Origin: an uncultured Ignavibacteriales bacterium
Lineage (GTDB): Bacteria; Zixibacteria; MSB-5A5; GN15; FEB-12
Length of the DNA: 64,000 nucleotides
Direction of reading: 5' to 3'
Assembly (NCBI GenBank): GCA_964464605.1
Contig: CAYXJN010000001.1
Location: 317,068 to 381,067, forward strand
Positions 30,842-42,012 of this stretch are shown here, piece after piece. The notes below the pieces were generated by a model, which saw only the letters and a list, made by a program, of their open reading frames with translations, searched no databases and was not told the origin of the DNA. The position numbers and the translations under genes were made by a program. How positions within the stretch are numbered: position 1 is the first letter of the stretch; each line of letters starts with the position of its first letter.

Positions 30842-31621
30842 TCATTCGTTATTTACATGGTTCTGATCGGAGGACTGAAGCAACTGCCGGACAAATTCCA
30901 GTTCTTCATCGGTCAATTCGGCATTCCGCAATAAGTCAGGACGCATCCGTGCGCATTTGCGAATAGCTGCCAGCCGTCGATATTTTTTTATTTCTATATG
31001 ATGTCCCGACATCAGCGGCGCCGGTACCTCGTGGCCGTCATAAGTAGACGGACGGGTATAGCAGGGGGTGCCGAGAATGTCGTTCATGAATGAGTCATTT
31101 AATGCTGATTCAAAATTGCCGAGTACTTGTGGGATCAATCGGGTGATAGCATCCACCATCACGAGCGCCGCCGGCTCACCGCCGGTTAACACATAGTCGC
31201 CGATAGAAACTTCATCGATATCGTACAGTTCGACAATCCGTTCATCCACGCCCAAGTAGTGACCGCAAACAATCGTAACACGGTCGCTAAGCGAATAGGA
31301 AATCGCCATCCGCTGATCAAACTTTGCACCGGCAGCCGAGGTTAAAATAACGTGCTGCTTGGCCGACGGTTTTTTTTCGGCGTATTTACGCGGAATACCG
31401 ATTTTCTGCAGGCAAAGGTCAAGCGGTTCGACTTTCATCACCATACCGCCGCCGCCGCCAAATGGGGTATCATCGACGGTGTGATGCTTATCGGTCGCAT
31501 AATCACGCAGATCGATGATATTAATGGTTACTAAGTCTTTGTCGGCAGCTTTGCCTAACAATGACTGAGCAAGCGATAGCCGGAAATATTCCGGAAAGAG
31601 GGTGACAATGTCGAATATCAT
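30842..31621 (-). CDS. trmD: tRNA (guanine37-N1)-methyltransferase
   Basis: [23 protein letters not shown] and [11 protein letters not shown] motifs. Confidence 0.96.
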   Translation of the reverse strand: MIFDIVTLFPEYFRLSLAQSLLGKAADKDLVTINIIDLRDYATDKHHTVDDTPFGGGGGMVMKVEPLDLCLQKIGIPRKYAEKKPSAKQHVILTSAAGAKFDQRMAISYSLSDRVTIVCGHYLGVDERIVELYDIDEVSIGDYVLTGGEPAALVMVDAITRLIPQVLGNFESALNDSFMNDILGTPCYTRPSTYDGHEVPAPLMSGHHIEIKKYRRLAAIRKCARMRPDLLRNAELTDEELEFVRQLLQSSDQNHVNNE

Positions 31622-32157
31622 ACTTTGTTATTAACCAAACCCTTTGAATCTATTTCGATCCGTTTGTTCGGTATATCTATTTTTTTTACGAAAGCATCGA
31701 TTGCCGCAAGGGAATACGTTGTTCCGTCGCTGCTTTCGATATATATCACGTCATTCGCCGGATACTGTTCTACGTTCGTTATTCTTCCAATTTCCTTCTC
31801 ACCTTCAAAGGCGGTACAACCAATCAAATCAAACTGGTAAAACTGGTCTTCCGGCAGTTGCGCAATATCTTCTTTCAGTACAGCTAATTCTTTATTCGCG
31901 TACTTGGCGACTTCTTCTTTTGACCGGATACCTTCCAGTCGCATAATCGGTGTGCCGTTTACATACCGAACTGAAAGGACTTTTCTCTTTTCCGATCCGG
32001 CACGTGAAACCAAAAAAATACTTTTTAATCCCGTGAAGCGGTCTTCCACATCGGTCAGCGGGTTAACGATAAATTCACCGCTGACATCCCGCGCGCGACC
32101 GATAGTGCCGATGACAACCAATTCTTCTTTTCTTTCCTCGTTACTCAATGATTTCAA
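31618..32157 (-). CDS. rimM: ribosome maturation factor RimM
   Basis: [14 protein letters not shown] and PANDV motifs; synteny. Confidence 0.92.
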   Translation of the reverse strand: MKSLSNEERKEELVVIGTIGRARDVSGEFIVNPLTDVEDRFTGLKSIFLVSRAGSEKRKVLSVRYVNGTPIMRLEGIRSKEEVAKYANKELAVLKEDIAQLPEDQFYQFDLIGCTAFEGEKEIGRITNVEQYPANDVIYIESSDGTTYSLAAIDAFVKKIDIPNKRIEIDSKGLVNNKV

Positions 32158-32371
32158 GTACCGATCTTTTACCTAACCGGGCAGATGCCGCCGCTAAAAT
32201 TGTCCGTAAGGATTTTGCGGTCTGTCCGGCTTTGCCGATCACTTTTCCCAAATCGGCGGGTGCTACTCGTAGTTCATACACTGTCGTGCGCTGACCTTCC
32301 ACCTCGGTGACTATTACATCTTCAGGGTTGTCGACTAATGCTTTTACAATGTTTTCAACGTACTCCTTCAT
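32141..32371 (-). CDS. khpA: KH-domain RNA-binding protein KhpA
   Basis: LVDNPEDV and [17 protein letters not shown]; lies between rpsP and rimM. Confidence 0.92.
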   Translation of the reverse strand: MKEYVENIVKALVDNPEDVIVTEVEGQRTTVYELRVAPADLGKVIGKAGQTAKSLRTILAAASARLGKRSVLEIIE

Positions 32372-32477
32372 ACGATTCCTCTTCGTTGTTTCTCATCCGC
32401 TATACATCAATCATGGCGCCGAATTTACTGCCTCCCTTAAATCAAAGAGAAATCGGCACGTCCTGTCGATTCGTTGC

Positions 32478-32849
32478 TTACCCGGCTTTTTCCTCAGTTG
32501 CAGCCGAGGCTTTCTTCATCCGGCGCGTTTTTTTCGGACGTTCGGTAATGGCCGACTTGAGTGTCATAGTGGACACATCCTTGCCGCTTTTGGCGCTCAT
32601 GTACTTCACGGTAAAACCGGTCTGAGACAAAAGGGAAGAAACGGTGTCGCTCGGTATGGCGCCGTTGTCGAGCCATTTGCTGATTTTTTCTTCAGACAAA
32701 GCAACCGTGGCAGGTTTGTCAATCGGATTGTACGTTCCGATAATTTCCAGAAAGCGGCCGTTACGAGCGCGACGGGAGTCGGCTGCGACTATCCGGTAAA
32801 ACGGTCGTTTGGTTGTGCCCTGACGGCTCAGGCGTAAATGTACTGGCAA
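32478..32849 (-). CDS. rpsP: 30S ribosomal protein S16
   Basis: RPFYRIVAADSRRARNGRFLEIIGTYNP and WLDNGAIPSDTV. Confidence 0.97.
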   Translation of the reverse strand: MPVHLRLSRQGTTKRPFYRIVAADSRRARNGRFLEIIGTYNPIDKPATVALSEEKISKWLDNGAIPSDTVSSLLSQTGFTVKYMSAKSGKDVSTMTLKSAITERPKKTRRMKKASAATEEKAG

Positions 32850-32875
32850 GAGAATCTCCTTTCGCTCGGAATAGC

Positions 32876-34198
32876 TCAGGTGCGCATTAAGCGTCGAGCC
32901 ATTCCTCGCATATTCATATTGTTCATTTGACTCATCATTTTCTGCATCGAGGCGAATTGCTTGAGCAGCGTGTTCACATCCTGTACGCTGTTGCCGGAAC
33001 CAAGCGCAATTCGTTTGCGGCGCGATCCGTTGATAATATTCGGATTGCGTCGTTCATGGGCGGTCATCGATTTGATAATCGCGACCATCCGTTCCATTTC
33101 TTTTTCATCCACTTTGACATCCTTGAGCGCCTTTCCTACGCCGGGAATCATTCCCAACAGCGATTCAAGCGGCCCAAGCTTCTTAATCTGATCCATCTGT
33201 TTGAGAAAATCTTCGAAATCGAATTTTGATTTCTTGAGTTTCTCTCGCATTTCAGCGGCCTGATCGGCATCGAATGCTTCCTGCGCTTTTTCAACGAGAG
33301 TAACAATATCTCCCATGCCGAGGATTCGGGAAGCCATACGGTCCGGATGAAACGGTTCAAGGTCTGAAAGTTTTTCACCCATTGAGGCGAGTTTGATCGG
33401 GCATCCAGTGACCTGACGAATCGAAAGCGCTGCGCCACCACGGGCATCACCGTCGAGTTTGGTAAGCGCAACACCGGTAATCGCCATCCGTTTATGAAAT
33501 TGCTCCGCGACGTTAACCGCATCTTGACCGGTCATTGCATCAGCCACTAAGAGGATTTCATCCGGCGAGGTGAGCGCTTTAATCTGCTCGAGTTCGGTCA
33601 TTAGTTCTTCGTCGATATGCAAACGACCGGCGGTATCAAGAATAACGAGGTCTATAAAATTCTTTTTAGCATAGCTGATAGCCTCTTTGCAAATCTGCTG
33701 CGGTGTTGCTTTTTCGACATGGAATGAGGGAACGTCAATCTGTCCAGCCAATACTTGCAGCTGTTTCACGGCGGCGGGGCGGTAAATATCGGCAGCTACC
33801 AACAGCGGCTTTTTGTTTTTCCGTTTTGTCTGCAAAGCGAGTTTGCCGCAGAGCGTTGTTTTACCGGAACCTTGTAAACCGCAGACCATGTAAACAGTCG
33901 GCATCTTATCGATATGTGCGAGCGGAACGGTGGTTTTACCGAGCAGGTTGACCAGTTCATCATGAACGATTTTGATAACCAGCTGACCCGGATCAAGTGA
34001 TGCCAGCACTTCCGTACCGACGGCTTTTTCCTCAACCGCCTTTACAAAGTCGCGCACGACCTTGTAGTTCACATCCGCTTCCAAAAGCGCCTGTCGCACT
34101 TCGCGCATAGCCTCGCGGATATTCGCTTCGCTCAGCTTTCCGGCACCGCGGAGTTTCTTGAAAACCGATTCTAATTTATCGCTCAGTTTTGCAAACAT
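32876..34198 (-). CDS. ffh: signal recognition particle protein
   Basis: GLQGSGKTT, DTAGR and TKLDGDARGGA motifs; Met-rich M domain. Confidence 0.97.
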   Translation of the reverse strand: MFAKLSDKLESVFKKLRGAGKLSEANIREAMREVRQALLEADVNYKVVRDFVKAVEEKAVGTEVLASLDPGQLVIKIVHDELVNLLGKTTVPLAHIDKMPTVYMVCGLQGSGKTTLCGKLALQTKRKNKKPLLVAADIYRPAAVKQLQVLAGQIDVPSFHVEKATPQQICKEAISYAKKNFIDLVILDTAGRLHIDEELMTELEQIKALTSPDEILLVADAMTGQDAVNVAEQFHKRMAITGVALTKLDGDARGGAALSIRQVTGCPIKLASMGEKLSDLEPFHPDRMASRILGMGDIVTLVEKAQEAFDADQAAEMREKLKKSKFDFEDFLKQMDQIKKLGPLESLLGMIPGVGKALKDVKVDEKEMERMVAIIKSMTAHERRNPNIINGSRRKRIALGSGNSVQDVNTLLKQFASMQKMMSQMNNMNMRGMARRLMRT

Positions 34199-34518
34199 AT
34201 CGTTTCGAAATCGTTAATGGGTGCCCTTTCAGAGACACCAAATCCTTCTGTTTTTTATAACCGCCTCTCGAGCTGTACGATTGAACTGCTCAGATTCCGG
34301 CAAAGTGGCCTAATATACCAAATACCAGTCAGTTAGCAAGTAAACGGGGCTATGGAATTACCGAATGCTGATTTATGTCTCATATCTCCCGTAATTCACT
34401 GGTAGGCAATTAGTTTTAGGTTTCGTAAGTAAAAAAGTGACGTTGTGACTGCGCCCTTTCTGCTATGTTCAAAACGACGCCTATATTGAAGTAAAAAACA
34501 GGAGAAGGAGTTTTAGTT

Positions 34519-34995
34519 ATGAGCAATGTTAAACCGATTCCGGATGGGTACCACACCTTCACCCCGTATTTAGCTGTTCAGGGTGCGGTGCAGGCAATTG
34601 AGTTTTACAAAAAGGCGTTTGACGCAACCGAATTATTTCGGATGGAAGGCGCTCCCGGCAAAATAGCGCATGCAGAAATGAAAATCGGCAATTCGATAAT
34701 CATGCTGGCGGATGAACATCCCGAAATGGATTTCAAAGGGCCGAAATCATACGGCGGTTCACCCTGCGCCTTTTACCTGTATGTCGAGGATTGCGACGCT
34801 GTTTTCAATGCGGCGATTGCGGCCGGTGGAAAAGTAATCAAGCCGATGCAGGATCAGTTTTATGGGGATCGAAGCGGGATGCTGGAAGATCCATACGGGC
34901 ATCGCTGGTCAGTCGCGACGCATAAAGAAGATTTAACGATGGAAGAGGTTGGCAAACGCGCGGCTGAGTTTATGGCTAAACAAAAGCAAAGTTAA
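34519..34995 (+). CDS. VOC/glyoxalase (PhnB-like) family protein
   Basis: PIPDGYHTFTPYL, HAEMKIG and DQFYGDRSG..DPYGHRW motifs. Confidence 0.9.
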   Translation: MSNVKPIPDGYHTFTPYLAVQGAVQAIEFYKKAFDATELFRMEGAPGKIAHAEMKIGNSIIMLADEHPEMDFKGPKSYGGSPCAFYLYVEDCDAVFNAAIAAGGKVIKPMQDQFYGDRSGMLEDPYGHRWSVATHKEDLTMEEVGKRAAEFMAKQKQS

Positions 34996-35849
34996 ACACA
35001 GTATTTTTCCAACCAGCCTTTGCGTAGTACATCGATTTGCTTGTAGGTGCCATCTTTGAGGGCGACATGTTTTCCACCTTCGATGAGCACTAACTCATGC
35101 GGCACTCCGACTTCAGTGAGTCGTTTATCGAGCGATATCGATTGTTCTTTGGGAACAACGGTGTCGTCGGTACCGTGCATTAAGAGCAAAGGAACATCTT
35201 TCGGCAGTTTATCGGCAAAATAGACTGCCGATCTTTTTTGAAATTCAATTTCCCGTTCTTCATCGCTAAGACTGCCGAATTTGTTGTGAATATAGGCGCT
35301 TAAATCATTACGCATCGTTTTGAACGAAAACAGATCGGCAACTCCAGCGTGTACCATCGCGCATTTGAATCGGGATTCCATTGTCAGCATCCGGTAGGTT
35401 GTCATCCCGCCGCGACTTGCTCCTTCGACAGCAGTTCGGCTCATGTCGACATTCGGTAAATCTTTTGCCAATTCCAAAATGTTCAATGAATCGCGAACAT
35501 CATTGCCACCCCAATCCTCTTCACCCTCACTTCCCATATTGCCGCGATACTGGGTTGCGAGTACAACATACCCCCAAACCGCAGTGGATGCCAAAATCAG
35601 ATGCGCGGTTAAATCATCAAGCGCACCGTAATCATTCGAACCGCCACGATTCCAAATAAGAAGCGGATAACGTCCGTTTGTTTTCGGTTGTGCGAGATAA
35701 CCGGTGACTTTGAGATTATCAGAGTAATAGACAATTCGTTCGACAACAGTATCGTCGATTATCTGTTGATTGTAGAGATTGCGAACAACTTGCTGCTGAA
35801 TCGGGTTGAGTGTTACCGGAGTGCGGCTAATCAGTTCACCGTTTCGCAT
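34992..35849 (-). CDS. alpha/beta hydrolase, prolyl oligopeptidase (S9) family
   Basis: NRGG, GASRGG nucleophile, HGTDD and GKH catalytic triad. Confidence 0.88.
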   Translation of the reverse strand: MRNGELISRTPVTLNPIQQQVVRNLYNQQIIDDTVVERIVYYSDNLKVTGYLAQPKTNGRYPLLIWNRGGSNDYGALDDLTAHLILASTAVWGYVVLATQYRGNMGSEGEEDWGGNDVRDSLNILELAKDLPNVDMSRTAVEGASRGGMTTYRMLTMESRFKCAMVHAGVADLFSFKTMRNDLSAYIHNKFGSLSDEEREIEFQKRSAVYFADKLPKDVPLLLMHGTDDTVVPKEQSISLDKRLTEVGVPHELVLIEGGKHVALKDGTYKQIDVLRKGWLEKYCV

Positions 35850-35867
35850 GGCAATAAAATGATGCTG

Positions 35868-36647
35868 TTACTTCGTGGTCGAAATGACCAAGTCGATAGC
35901 GGTGCCGACTTCCACTTCCGTTCCCTCATCTTCAGATTGAGAAAGAACAGTTTCCGGGAGATAGTTGTTGTCGGTTTGCCGGGCGATACTGCCGACTTTG
36001 AGTGATTTGTCCTGCAGGCGGCTGATTGCTTCGGAGAGTGTGAGTCCGATAACTTTGGGAACGAAGGTAAAATCAGTGGAGCGTCCACGATTCACCATCA
36101 GATTTACTTTTGATCCGGCTGGAATTTCAGTGTTGGCTGCCGGATATGAGAACACTACCACGCGCTCAGGCAGCGTATCCGAAAATGCCCAGGCAATTTC
36201 GCCGAGCTCAAGGCCGCTTCCTTCTAAGTCGAGTGTCGCCTGCCGGACAGATTTTCCGGCGACATCCGGAATCGGCACCATCTTTTGTCCGAGCGAAATA
36301 ACGAATTTGATAACGCGGCCGGATTTTACTTTGGTGCCTCCGGTAGGGAATTGATTAATGATTACACCGGCTTCTTTACCGGGAGAGTATTCCTTCGATG
36401 CGACCTCCGCGCTCAGTCCTAACTCTTCCAGTTCGACTTCCGCTTCGATCATGCGCTGGCTGGTGAAATCATTGAGCGTAAACTCTTCACCATGCTTTGT
36501 GACACTCGGCATGATGATTTTATCGAAAATGAGAACAATGACAATCAGTGCAGCTACTACAACACCGGCGGTATACAGTGCTTTACGCCGACGTGATCCG
36601 GCAGGGAACCAGCGCTCAAATTGCGTTTGGGGTTTACTCATTTCCAT
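35868..36647 (-). CDS. PASTA-domain protein (TM plus 3 PASTA domains)
   Basis: IPDVAGKS and VPKVIGLT repeats with VINQ.P/VLSQ motifs. Confidence 0.88.
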   Translation of the reverse strand: MEMSKPQTQFERWFPAGSRRRKALYTAGVVVAALIVIVLIFDKIIMPSVTKHGEEFTLNDFTSQRMIEAEVELEELGLSAEVASKEYSPGKEAGVIINQFPTGGTKVKSGRVIKFVISLGQKMVPIPDVAGKSVRQATLDLEGSGLELGEIAWAFSDTLPERVVVFSYPAANTEIPAGSKVNLMVNRGRSTDFTFVPKVIGLTLSEAISRLQDKSLKVGSIARQTDNNYLPETVLSQSEDEGTEVEVGTAIDLVISTTK

Positions 36648-36713
36648 AGCAGTACAGCAGTATAAACAGGCGCTTTTTAGGCAACAAGTTTAAATCATCT
36701 GTTATACACCGGA

Positions 36714-38078
36714 TCAATTTGCCCGACGTTTCAACCGGGCGCAGAATGCGCCGTCAAGCGAGCCGACATTTGGGTAGGTTTTTACGAAACCGCGACTTGA
36801 AACGATTTCCGGCGGATAAAACTCGGCTGCTGAATCGATTTCAAAATCTTTGTTTTTCGCAAGAAACTCTTCAACGATCTGGTCGTTTTCATCCCGAATA
36901 ATTGTGCAGGTGGAGTACACCATCACGCCCCCCGGTCGAACCAATTTCGCTGCCTTATCGATCATCGCTTTCTGAATGCGAGTTAGATTGACAATATCTT
37001 CCGCGCTTTTGCTCCATCGCAGATCAGAATGTTTTCCGGCTGTCCCCCACCCGGAGCAGGGGGGATCGAGCAATACCCGGTCAAAAGGTTCGGCGTTGAA
37101 ATCGAGCATGTCTGAAGCGACCGGCGCGATAATTTTTATGCCGAGATTTTTTGCGTTATCAACCACGGTCTGTAGACGGCTGCGGGATTTATCCACCGCT
37201 GTCACCCTTCCCTTATTGCGCATACGAATAGCGGCGTAGGTTGCTTTGCCACCGGGAGCGGCAGTGAGGTCGACCATTACATCACCCTGTTTCGGATTAA
37301 GCAGCCGCACCGGAAGTCCCGCGGATTCATCCTGCACAAACACTTTTCCGGTGGCAATCAATTCACGTTCGAGCGGCAAACCGGATTCTTCGATATGAAT
37401 AAACTCAGGAAGGTATGCGCCGAGCGACCATTTGATATTGGCGTTTGCTAGAGCTTCCGTAATTTCTTCCGGTTTTGCTTTTAAGAAATTGACACGGTAG
37501 GTTACATGCGGTGGCAGGTTGTACCGCTGTAATAATTGCTCGGTCGCTTCATACTTAAACTCACGCAGGCAATAGCTGATAAAGTGCTCAGGGAAAGAAT
37601 AGTAATCCGCAAGATATTTAACCGGGTTTTCATCTTTGGAAACAAACCGAACTTTATTCGGTTCACGCAAAACTGTCCGAAGCACCGCATTGACCAAATT
37701 CGCACGCGGCTTATCCGTCAAATGATGTGCGAGATTCACCGATTCAGAAACAGCAGCGGCGGATGGGACGCGATCGGTAAAATGAAGCTGGTAAAATCCA
37801 AGACGCAAGATATTCAACAACCGAATCGACAATTCAGCCGCAGGGCGAGCGAGGTAAAATTTCATTTCATGATCAAGCCGCCGCTTCATTTTGGTTGTGC
37901 CGTTTATCAGTTGTAAGAGAAAACGAATGTCGATAGGGCGAAACCCCTTATTGGCGATCACGCGCTGAACGGCGATATCGGTTTGGTCTCCCTGCTCGAT
38001 CATACTGAGCGCTTCGACCGCGGCCAAACGGACCGGATCGAATTTTCGTGAACCAGTAAATCCTCGTTTATCGTTCAT
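36714..38078 (-). CDS. rsmB: 16S rRNA m5C967 methyltransferase RsmB with NusB-like N-domain
   Basis: AAVSESV, VQDES, AAPGGK, DPPCSG and YSTCT motifs. Confidence 0.93.
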   Translation of the reverse strand: MNDKRGFTGSRKFDPVRLAAVEALSMIEQGDQTDIAVQRVIANKGFRPIDIRFLLQLINGTTKMKRRLDHEMKFYLARPAAELSIRLLNILRLGFYQLHFTDRVPSAAAVSESVNLAHHLTDKPRANLVNAVLRTVLREPNKVRFVSKDENPVKYLADYYSFPEHFISYCLREFKYEATEQLLQRYNLPPHVTYRVNFLKAKPEEITEALANANIKWSLGAYLPEFIHIEESGLPLERELIATGKVFVQDESAGLPVRLLNPKQGDVMVDLTAAPGGKATYAAIRMRNKGRVTAVDKSRSRLQTVVDNAKNLGIKIIAPVASDMLDFNAEPFDRVLLDPPCSGWGTAGKHSDLRWSKSAEDIVNLTRIQKAMIDKAAKLVRPGGVMVYSTCTIIRDENDQIVEEFLAKNKDFEIDSAAEFYPPEIVSSRGFVKTYPNVGSLDGAFCARLKRRAN

Positions 38079-38080
38079 GA

Positions 38081-40387
38081 TTACACCTGCATACCTTCAA
38101 TACGATTTCCTATAGTATCAACGGCGAATAACTCCTTGCGATGAAACGGCAAAGAGGCTAATGCATTTTTGTTTTCAGTATCCAACAACGAAAATATTTC
38201 AGTGGGACGGGCGTATCCCTTTTCACCAAGTCCTAGTGTCATGGTGAGTGTGTTATCCTGTATAAACACATCAAACAAAGCGGATCTGATATCGACGGGA
38301 GTAACACCCGATTTCCCTTCTCGTTGGATAACAAGTTCATTTGCTTTTTTTATCGTTCCAATTCGTTCATTAAAATGTTCTGCGCTAACAATATCTGATA
38401 ATGAAAGTGTGTACGTCGCTCGGTTAATGACTGCTGACAATGATTGTGTTTGCCCGAACGAGATACGGATGTCGTATAACAAAATCCCATCCGGCAGTGC
38501 GTTTTTTAGACTATCAATCATATGCGACATCCAGTTGGTGTTAAGCGTAATTTCGATCAATTCATATTCAGAGGTAAATCCGAGCGGCAATGGATGACAG
38601 TGGGAAAGTTTCATGGTCGGTCGTTTGGCATTGTTGTACGCCACTGGAATTTGTGTCTGACGGAGCAGTCGTTCCAGTAAGCGCATATTATCGAGATGCG
38701 ACATAAACCGGGTACGCTCATCCTTCCCCCAGCGCAAGCGAACCTGATTTTTGGTCGGCGCTGCAGTGTTGCGGGAAGGTATTATTTTTTTGCCGCGACC
38801 AAATTCCATAACAGGCTCAGGCGTTGCCTGTTTCATTTCATAAATCGATGTTAATGGTATGGACACCGTTAATGCCGAAGCAGTCTGGCGGCGGGTGCGA
38901 AGCTCTTCATTCGCAGCGTCGGTTTGGCCAATTGACCAGGGCAACGACGCGGAAAATGAGATCGGTTTACGCAAATCCGATTCTGCTATTTTGTTTTCAG
39001 TTAATGCTTCTTCCCAGCAGGAAAAAAGATCCGTATCAGTGCTCACTCGTTTCGATGCGACAGCTTGCAGTAATCCGCTGGTATTAGCATGCAATCTGGT
39101 GAGTGCAGCACGAAGTGTTACTTTTTCGAAGTCCTCATGTTTAATAATTATCTTCGATGACTTCAATTGCCGTTTAAGGATTGACACCTTTTGTTGCAAC
39201 GATTCCGGATCGGGGATAGCATCCCACTGATATGGTGTGTGTGGTTTGGGCGTGAAAGCGGATAGGCGAATAACTATAGTTCGATTGACCGATTTTCCTA
39301 ATTCCTGAACTTGTTTAATCAGAGAAGCGATAGAGGTAATATCGATATCTTCTTCCGTCGGACAGCCGATATAAGAATGTAAATGACATTCGGTGAACCC
39401 TTTTTCGAACAGCAGATGCGCCGCGTTAAGTATATGGGCATTACTGGTAGTGTGTCCCATAATACTGCGCAGACGATCATTGCCGGTGATAGCATTGATA
39501 GTCGGCGGATCGCTGCTGACTTTCTTGACTGCATCAACAAGATACGGTGTGAATGATTCCGGCGGCAACGGCGGAAGAGTCAGTTCCGTGTGTTTGTTCT
39601 CAAGTGATCGTGCTACTCCGATAAGCTGCTTTTCCAGTTCCGGATAATGGCTTTCGATTTCGGCAATGCGAACTTCATCGAACCCGGTAGCGCGTAACCC
39701 CTTTTCAACATTTTCGACCAAATCGCTTGGTTTACGGGTACTATTCAATTCGATTTCGATTTGTGGCCTAACAGTCGCAATTAGTGGCGCAACCGGCGTC
39801 GCCGGATTAATTTCTGTTAGTTTTGCTTCTTTGATTTGGGCAAGTAAATCTTGCCTAGATAGGTTGAAGTTTACTATTGGTAACAGCGTTGAAGTATCAA
39901 TCAGAAATCCATCAGCAATATCCGTAAGCAGTGCAGGGCTGCTGTGCGTCGGAGTAACTGCAATAACGAGCGGATGAGAATCGTTTCGTTCGGCTTTGTT
40001 TGCCGGAATTCCTGCTAATTCCAAAAGCGTAATGCAATTCGGGAAATAGAGCGGATCTTCGACTAAAAGAAAAATAAGTTTCGCATCTTTGATTGGCGCT
40101 GATGATTCCAAAGAAAACAGCGGCAGCTTTTTTTCACAAAGTAGCTGAGCGGCATCGAAGTCAGGAAGAAACACGCGTTCACAGGCGATGTTGTCATTGC
40201 TATTCAGATGAGAATACCAATTCTGCAATCGTGAATCGGTAGCGTGGTAGTCATACAAATCGGGTACTGCCAGCACAGTGAATAAACGGGCAGAATGCCC
40301 TTTGGTGATTTGCCCCTGCTCACCGCCAGAGTAGCGGCCGGGTTTAATGACAAATGGAAAAAATTCGCGTTCGAGTACTGTTCGCAT
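38081..40387 (-). CDS. TIGR03960-like radical SAM protein fused to DUF2344 (TIGR03936); CxxxCxxC missing
   Basis: KPGRYSGGE, CERVF, LFSLES, TGFDEV and FTPKPHTPYQW motifs; C-terminal RFMSHLD..PLPLG. Confidence 0.75.
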   Translation of the reverse strand: MRTVLEREFFPFVIKPGRYSGGEQGQITKGHSARLFTVLAVPDLYDYHATDSRLQNWYSHLNSNDNIACERVFLPDFDAAQLLCEKKLPLFSLESSAPIKDAKLIFLLVEDPLYFPNCITLLELAGIPANKAERNDSHPLVIAVTPTHSSPALLTDIADGFLIDTSTLLPIVNFNLSRQDLLAQIKEAKLTEINPATPVAPLIATVRPQIEIELNSTRKPSDLVENVEKGLRATGFDEVRIAEIESHYPELEKQLIGVARSLENKHTELTLPPLPPESFTPYLVDAVKKVSSDPPTINAITGNDRLRSIMGHTTSNAHILNAAHLLFEKGFTECHLHSYIGCPTEEDIDITSIASLIKQVQELGKSVNRTIVIRLSAFTPKPHTPYQWDAIPDPESLQQKVSILKRQLKSSKIIIKHEDFEKVTLRAALTRLHANTSGLLQAVASKRVSTDTDLFSCWEEALTENKIAESDLRKPISFSASLPWSIGQTDAANEELRTRRQTASALTVSIPLTSIYEMKQATPEPVMEFGRGKKIIPSRNTAAPTKNQVRLRWGKDERTRFMSHLDNMRLLERLLRQTQIPVAYNNAKRPTMKLSHCHPLPLGFTSEYELIEITLNTNWMSHMIDSLKNALPDGILLYDIRISFGQTQSLSAVINRATYTLSLSDIVSAEHFNERIGTIKKANELVIQREGKSGVTPVDIRSALFDVFIQDNTLTMTLGLGEKGYARPTEIFSLLDTENKNALASLPFHRKELFAVDTIGNRIEGMQV

Positions 40388-40473
40388 ACCTAATGTGCTT
40401 CGGGTTCAGTTAAGCACAATATAGCATGCGGTTGAGTTAAGGCAAGTTGCTTATAAACTTACTTCTCGTCAAC

Positions 40474-42012
40474 TTACACCCACAACTTCCGATCTAACGT
40501 CCGATAATGTATCGCTTCGGCGATGTGTCCCATTTGGACGTCCGTGCTTTGCGCTAAGTCGGCAATCGTGCGGGCGACTTTGATAATCCGGTCATAGGCA
40601 CGCGCTGACAGTCCTTGTTTGCTAATTGCCATGGCGAGCAGAGATTGGGATTTGTCATCTATCGGGCAGAATTTGCGAATATCTTTCGATTCCATGTGCG
40701 CGTTGCAAAACATTCCCGGCTCATTTTTAAATCGCTCTGACTGAACCTGCCGCGCGGCGTTTGCCCGGGCACGGATAACTTCCGATTTTTCACCGGAGGC
40801 ATCTGAAGATAACTCCTTGAATTTCACCGACGGCACCGAGATATGCAAGTCGATACGGTCAAGCAGTGGTCCGGAAATGCGGGACATATAGCGCTGAATT
40901 TCCGAAGTCGAGCAAGTGCATTCGTGGGTGACATCGCCGTGATATCCGCATGGACAGGGGTTCATCGCGGCAATCAACATGAATGATGCGGGATAGGTCA
41001 GCGTGTTCATCACTCGCGAAATAGTGACTTTATTTTCCTCCATCGGCTGACGGAGCATTTCCAAAATCTCTTTTTTGAACTCCGGCAGTTCGTCTAAAAA
41101 CAATACGCCGTGATGCGCGAGTGATACTTCCCCCGGTTTCGGGTTCGCACCGCCGCCGACAAGACCGGCATAGGAAATGGAATGGTGCGGTGACCGAAAT
41201 GGGCGCACCGCAATCATTGATTCCTCGGCTGTCAATCGTCCGGCGACGGAATGGATTTTGGTCGTTTCGAGTGCTTCTTCTAATGTGAGATCAGGAAGTA
41301 TGGTGGGCATTCGCCGGGCTAACATTGTTTTCCCCGAACCGGGCGGTCCGACCATAATGATATTATGCCCACCGGCGGCGGCGATTTCGAGCGCGCGTTT
41401 GGCCGATTCCTGCCCTTTCACATCGGCAAAGTCGTTGAGATGATTGGCGGCATCACGAAATACGGAACGAATATCAACCGTAAATGGTTGAATGGTTGAT
41501 TTATCTTCAAGAAAATGAACGGTGTCCTGCAATGATTTTACCGGATAGACCGGAACGGTGCCTGCCATTGCCGCTTCTTTGGCGTTATCGCGCGGGACAA
41601 TGATTCCTTTTATACCATTATTAGCTTTGATATTGAGTGTCATCGGCAGCACACCCGGAATCGGACGAAGGGTGCCGTCCAGTGAGAGTTCACCGAGCAT
41701 AACAAAATCATCACATCGCTCCCGAAGTATCTGCCCGGTAGCGGAAAGAATCCCGACCGCAATCGGCAGATCGAATGCGGAGCCTTCTTTCTTGATATCT
41801 GCCGGGGCGAGATTGATAGTGACTCGCTTGGATGGGAAAACATAATCGGAGTTCTTGATAGCCGAAATCACCCGCTCTTTCGATTCCCGCACCGCCCCTT
41901 CTGGCAGGCCGACGGTAACAAAGGCGGGGAGCTGCTGCTGAATGTCTGCTTCGACTTCGACTAAATAGGCATCGACACCGAGGGTTGCCGATGAAATCGT
42001 TTTTGACAGCAT
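40474..42012 (-). CDS. comM: ComM/YifB Mg-chelatase-like AAA+ ATPase
   Basis: VGLPEGAVRES, INLAPAD, GPPGSGKTML, LDELPEF and NPCPCG motifs. Confidence 0.93.
   Translation of the reverse strand: MLSKTISSATLGVDAYLVEVEADIQQQLPAFVTVGLPEGAVRESKERVISAIKNSDYVFPSKRVTINLAPADIKKEGSAFDLPIAVGILSATGQILRERCDDFVMLGELSLDGTLRPIPGVLPMTLNIKANNGIKGIIVPRDNAKEAAMAGTVPVYPVKSLQDTVHFLEDKSTIQPFTVDIRSVFRDAANHLNDFADVKGQESAKRALEIAAAGGHNIIMVGPPGSGKTMLARRMPTILPDLTLEEALETTKIHSVAGRLTAEESMIAVRPFRSPHHSISYAGLVGGGANPKPGEVSLAHHGVLFLDELPEFKKEILEMLRQPMEENKVTISRVMNTLTYPASFMLIAAMNPCPCGYHGDVTHECTCSTSEIQRYMSRISGPLLDRIDLHISVPSVKFKELSSDASGEKSEVIRARANAARQVQSERFKNEPGMFCNAHMESKDIRKFCPIDDKSQSLLAMAISKQGLSARAYDRIIKVARTIADLAQSTDVQMGHIAEAIHYRTLDRKLWV

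Noticed and set aside
31996..32011. Fourth parS site in rimM (TCCGGCACGTGAAACC)
   Set aside because: Only the core and one arm match; the other arm is largely mismatched.
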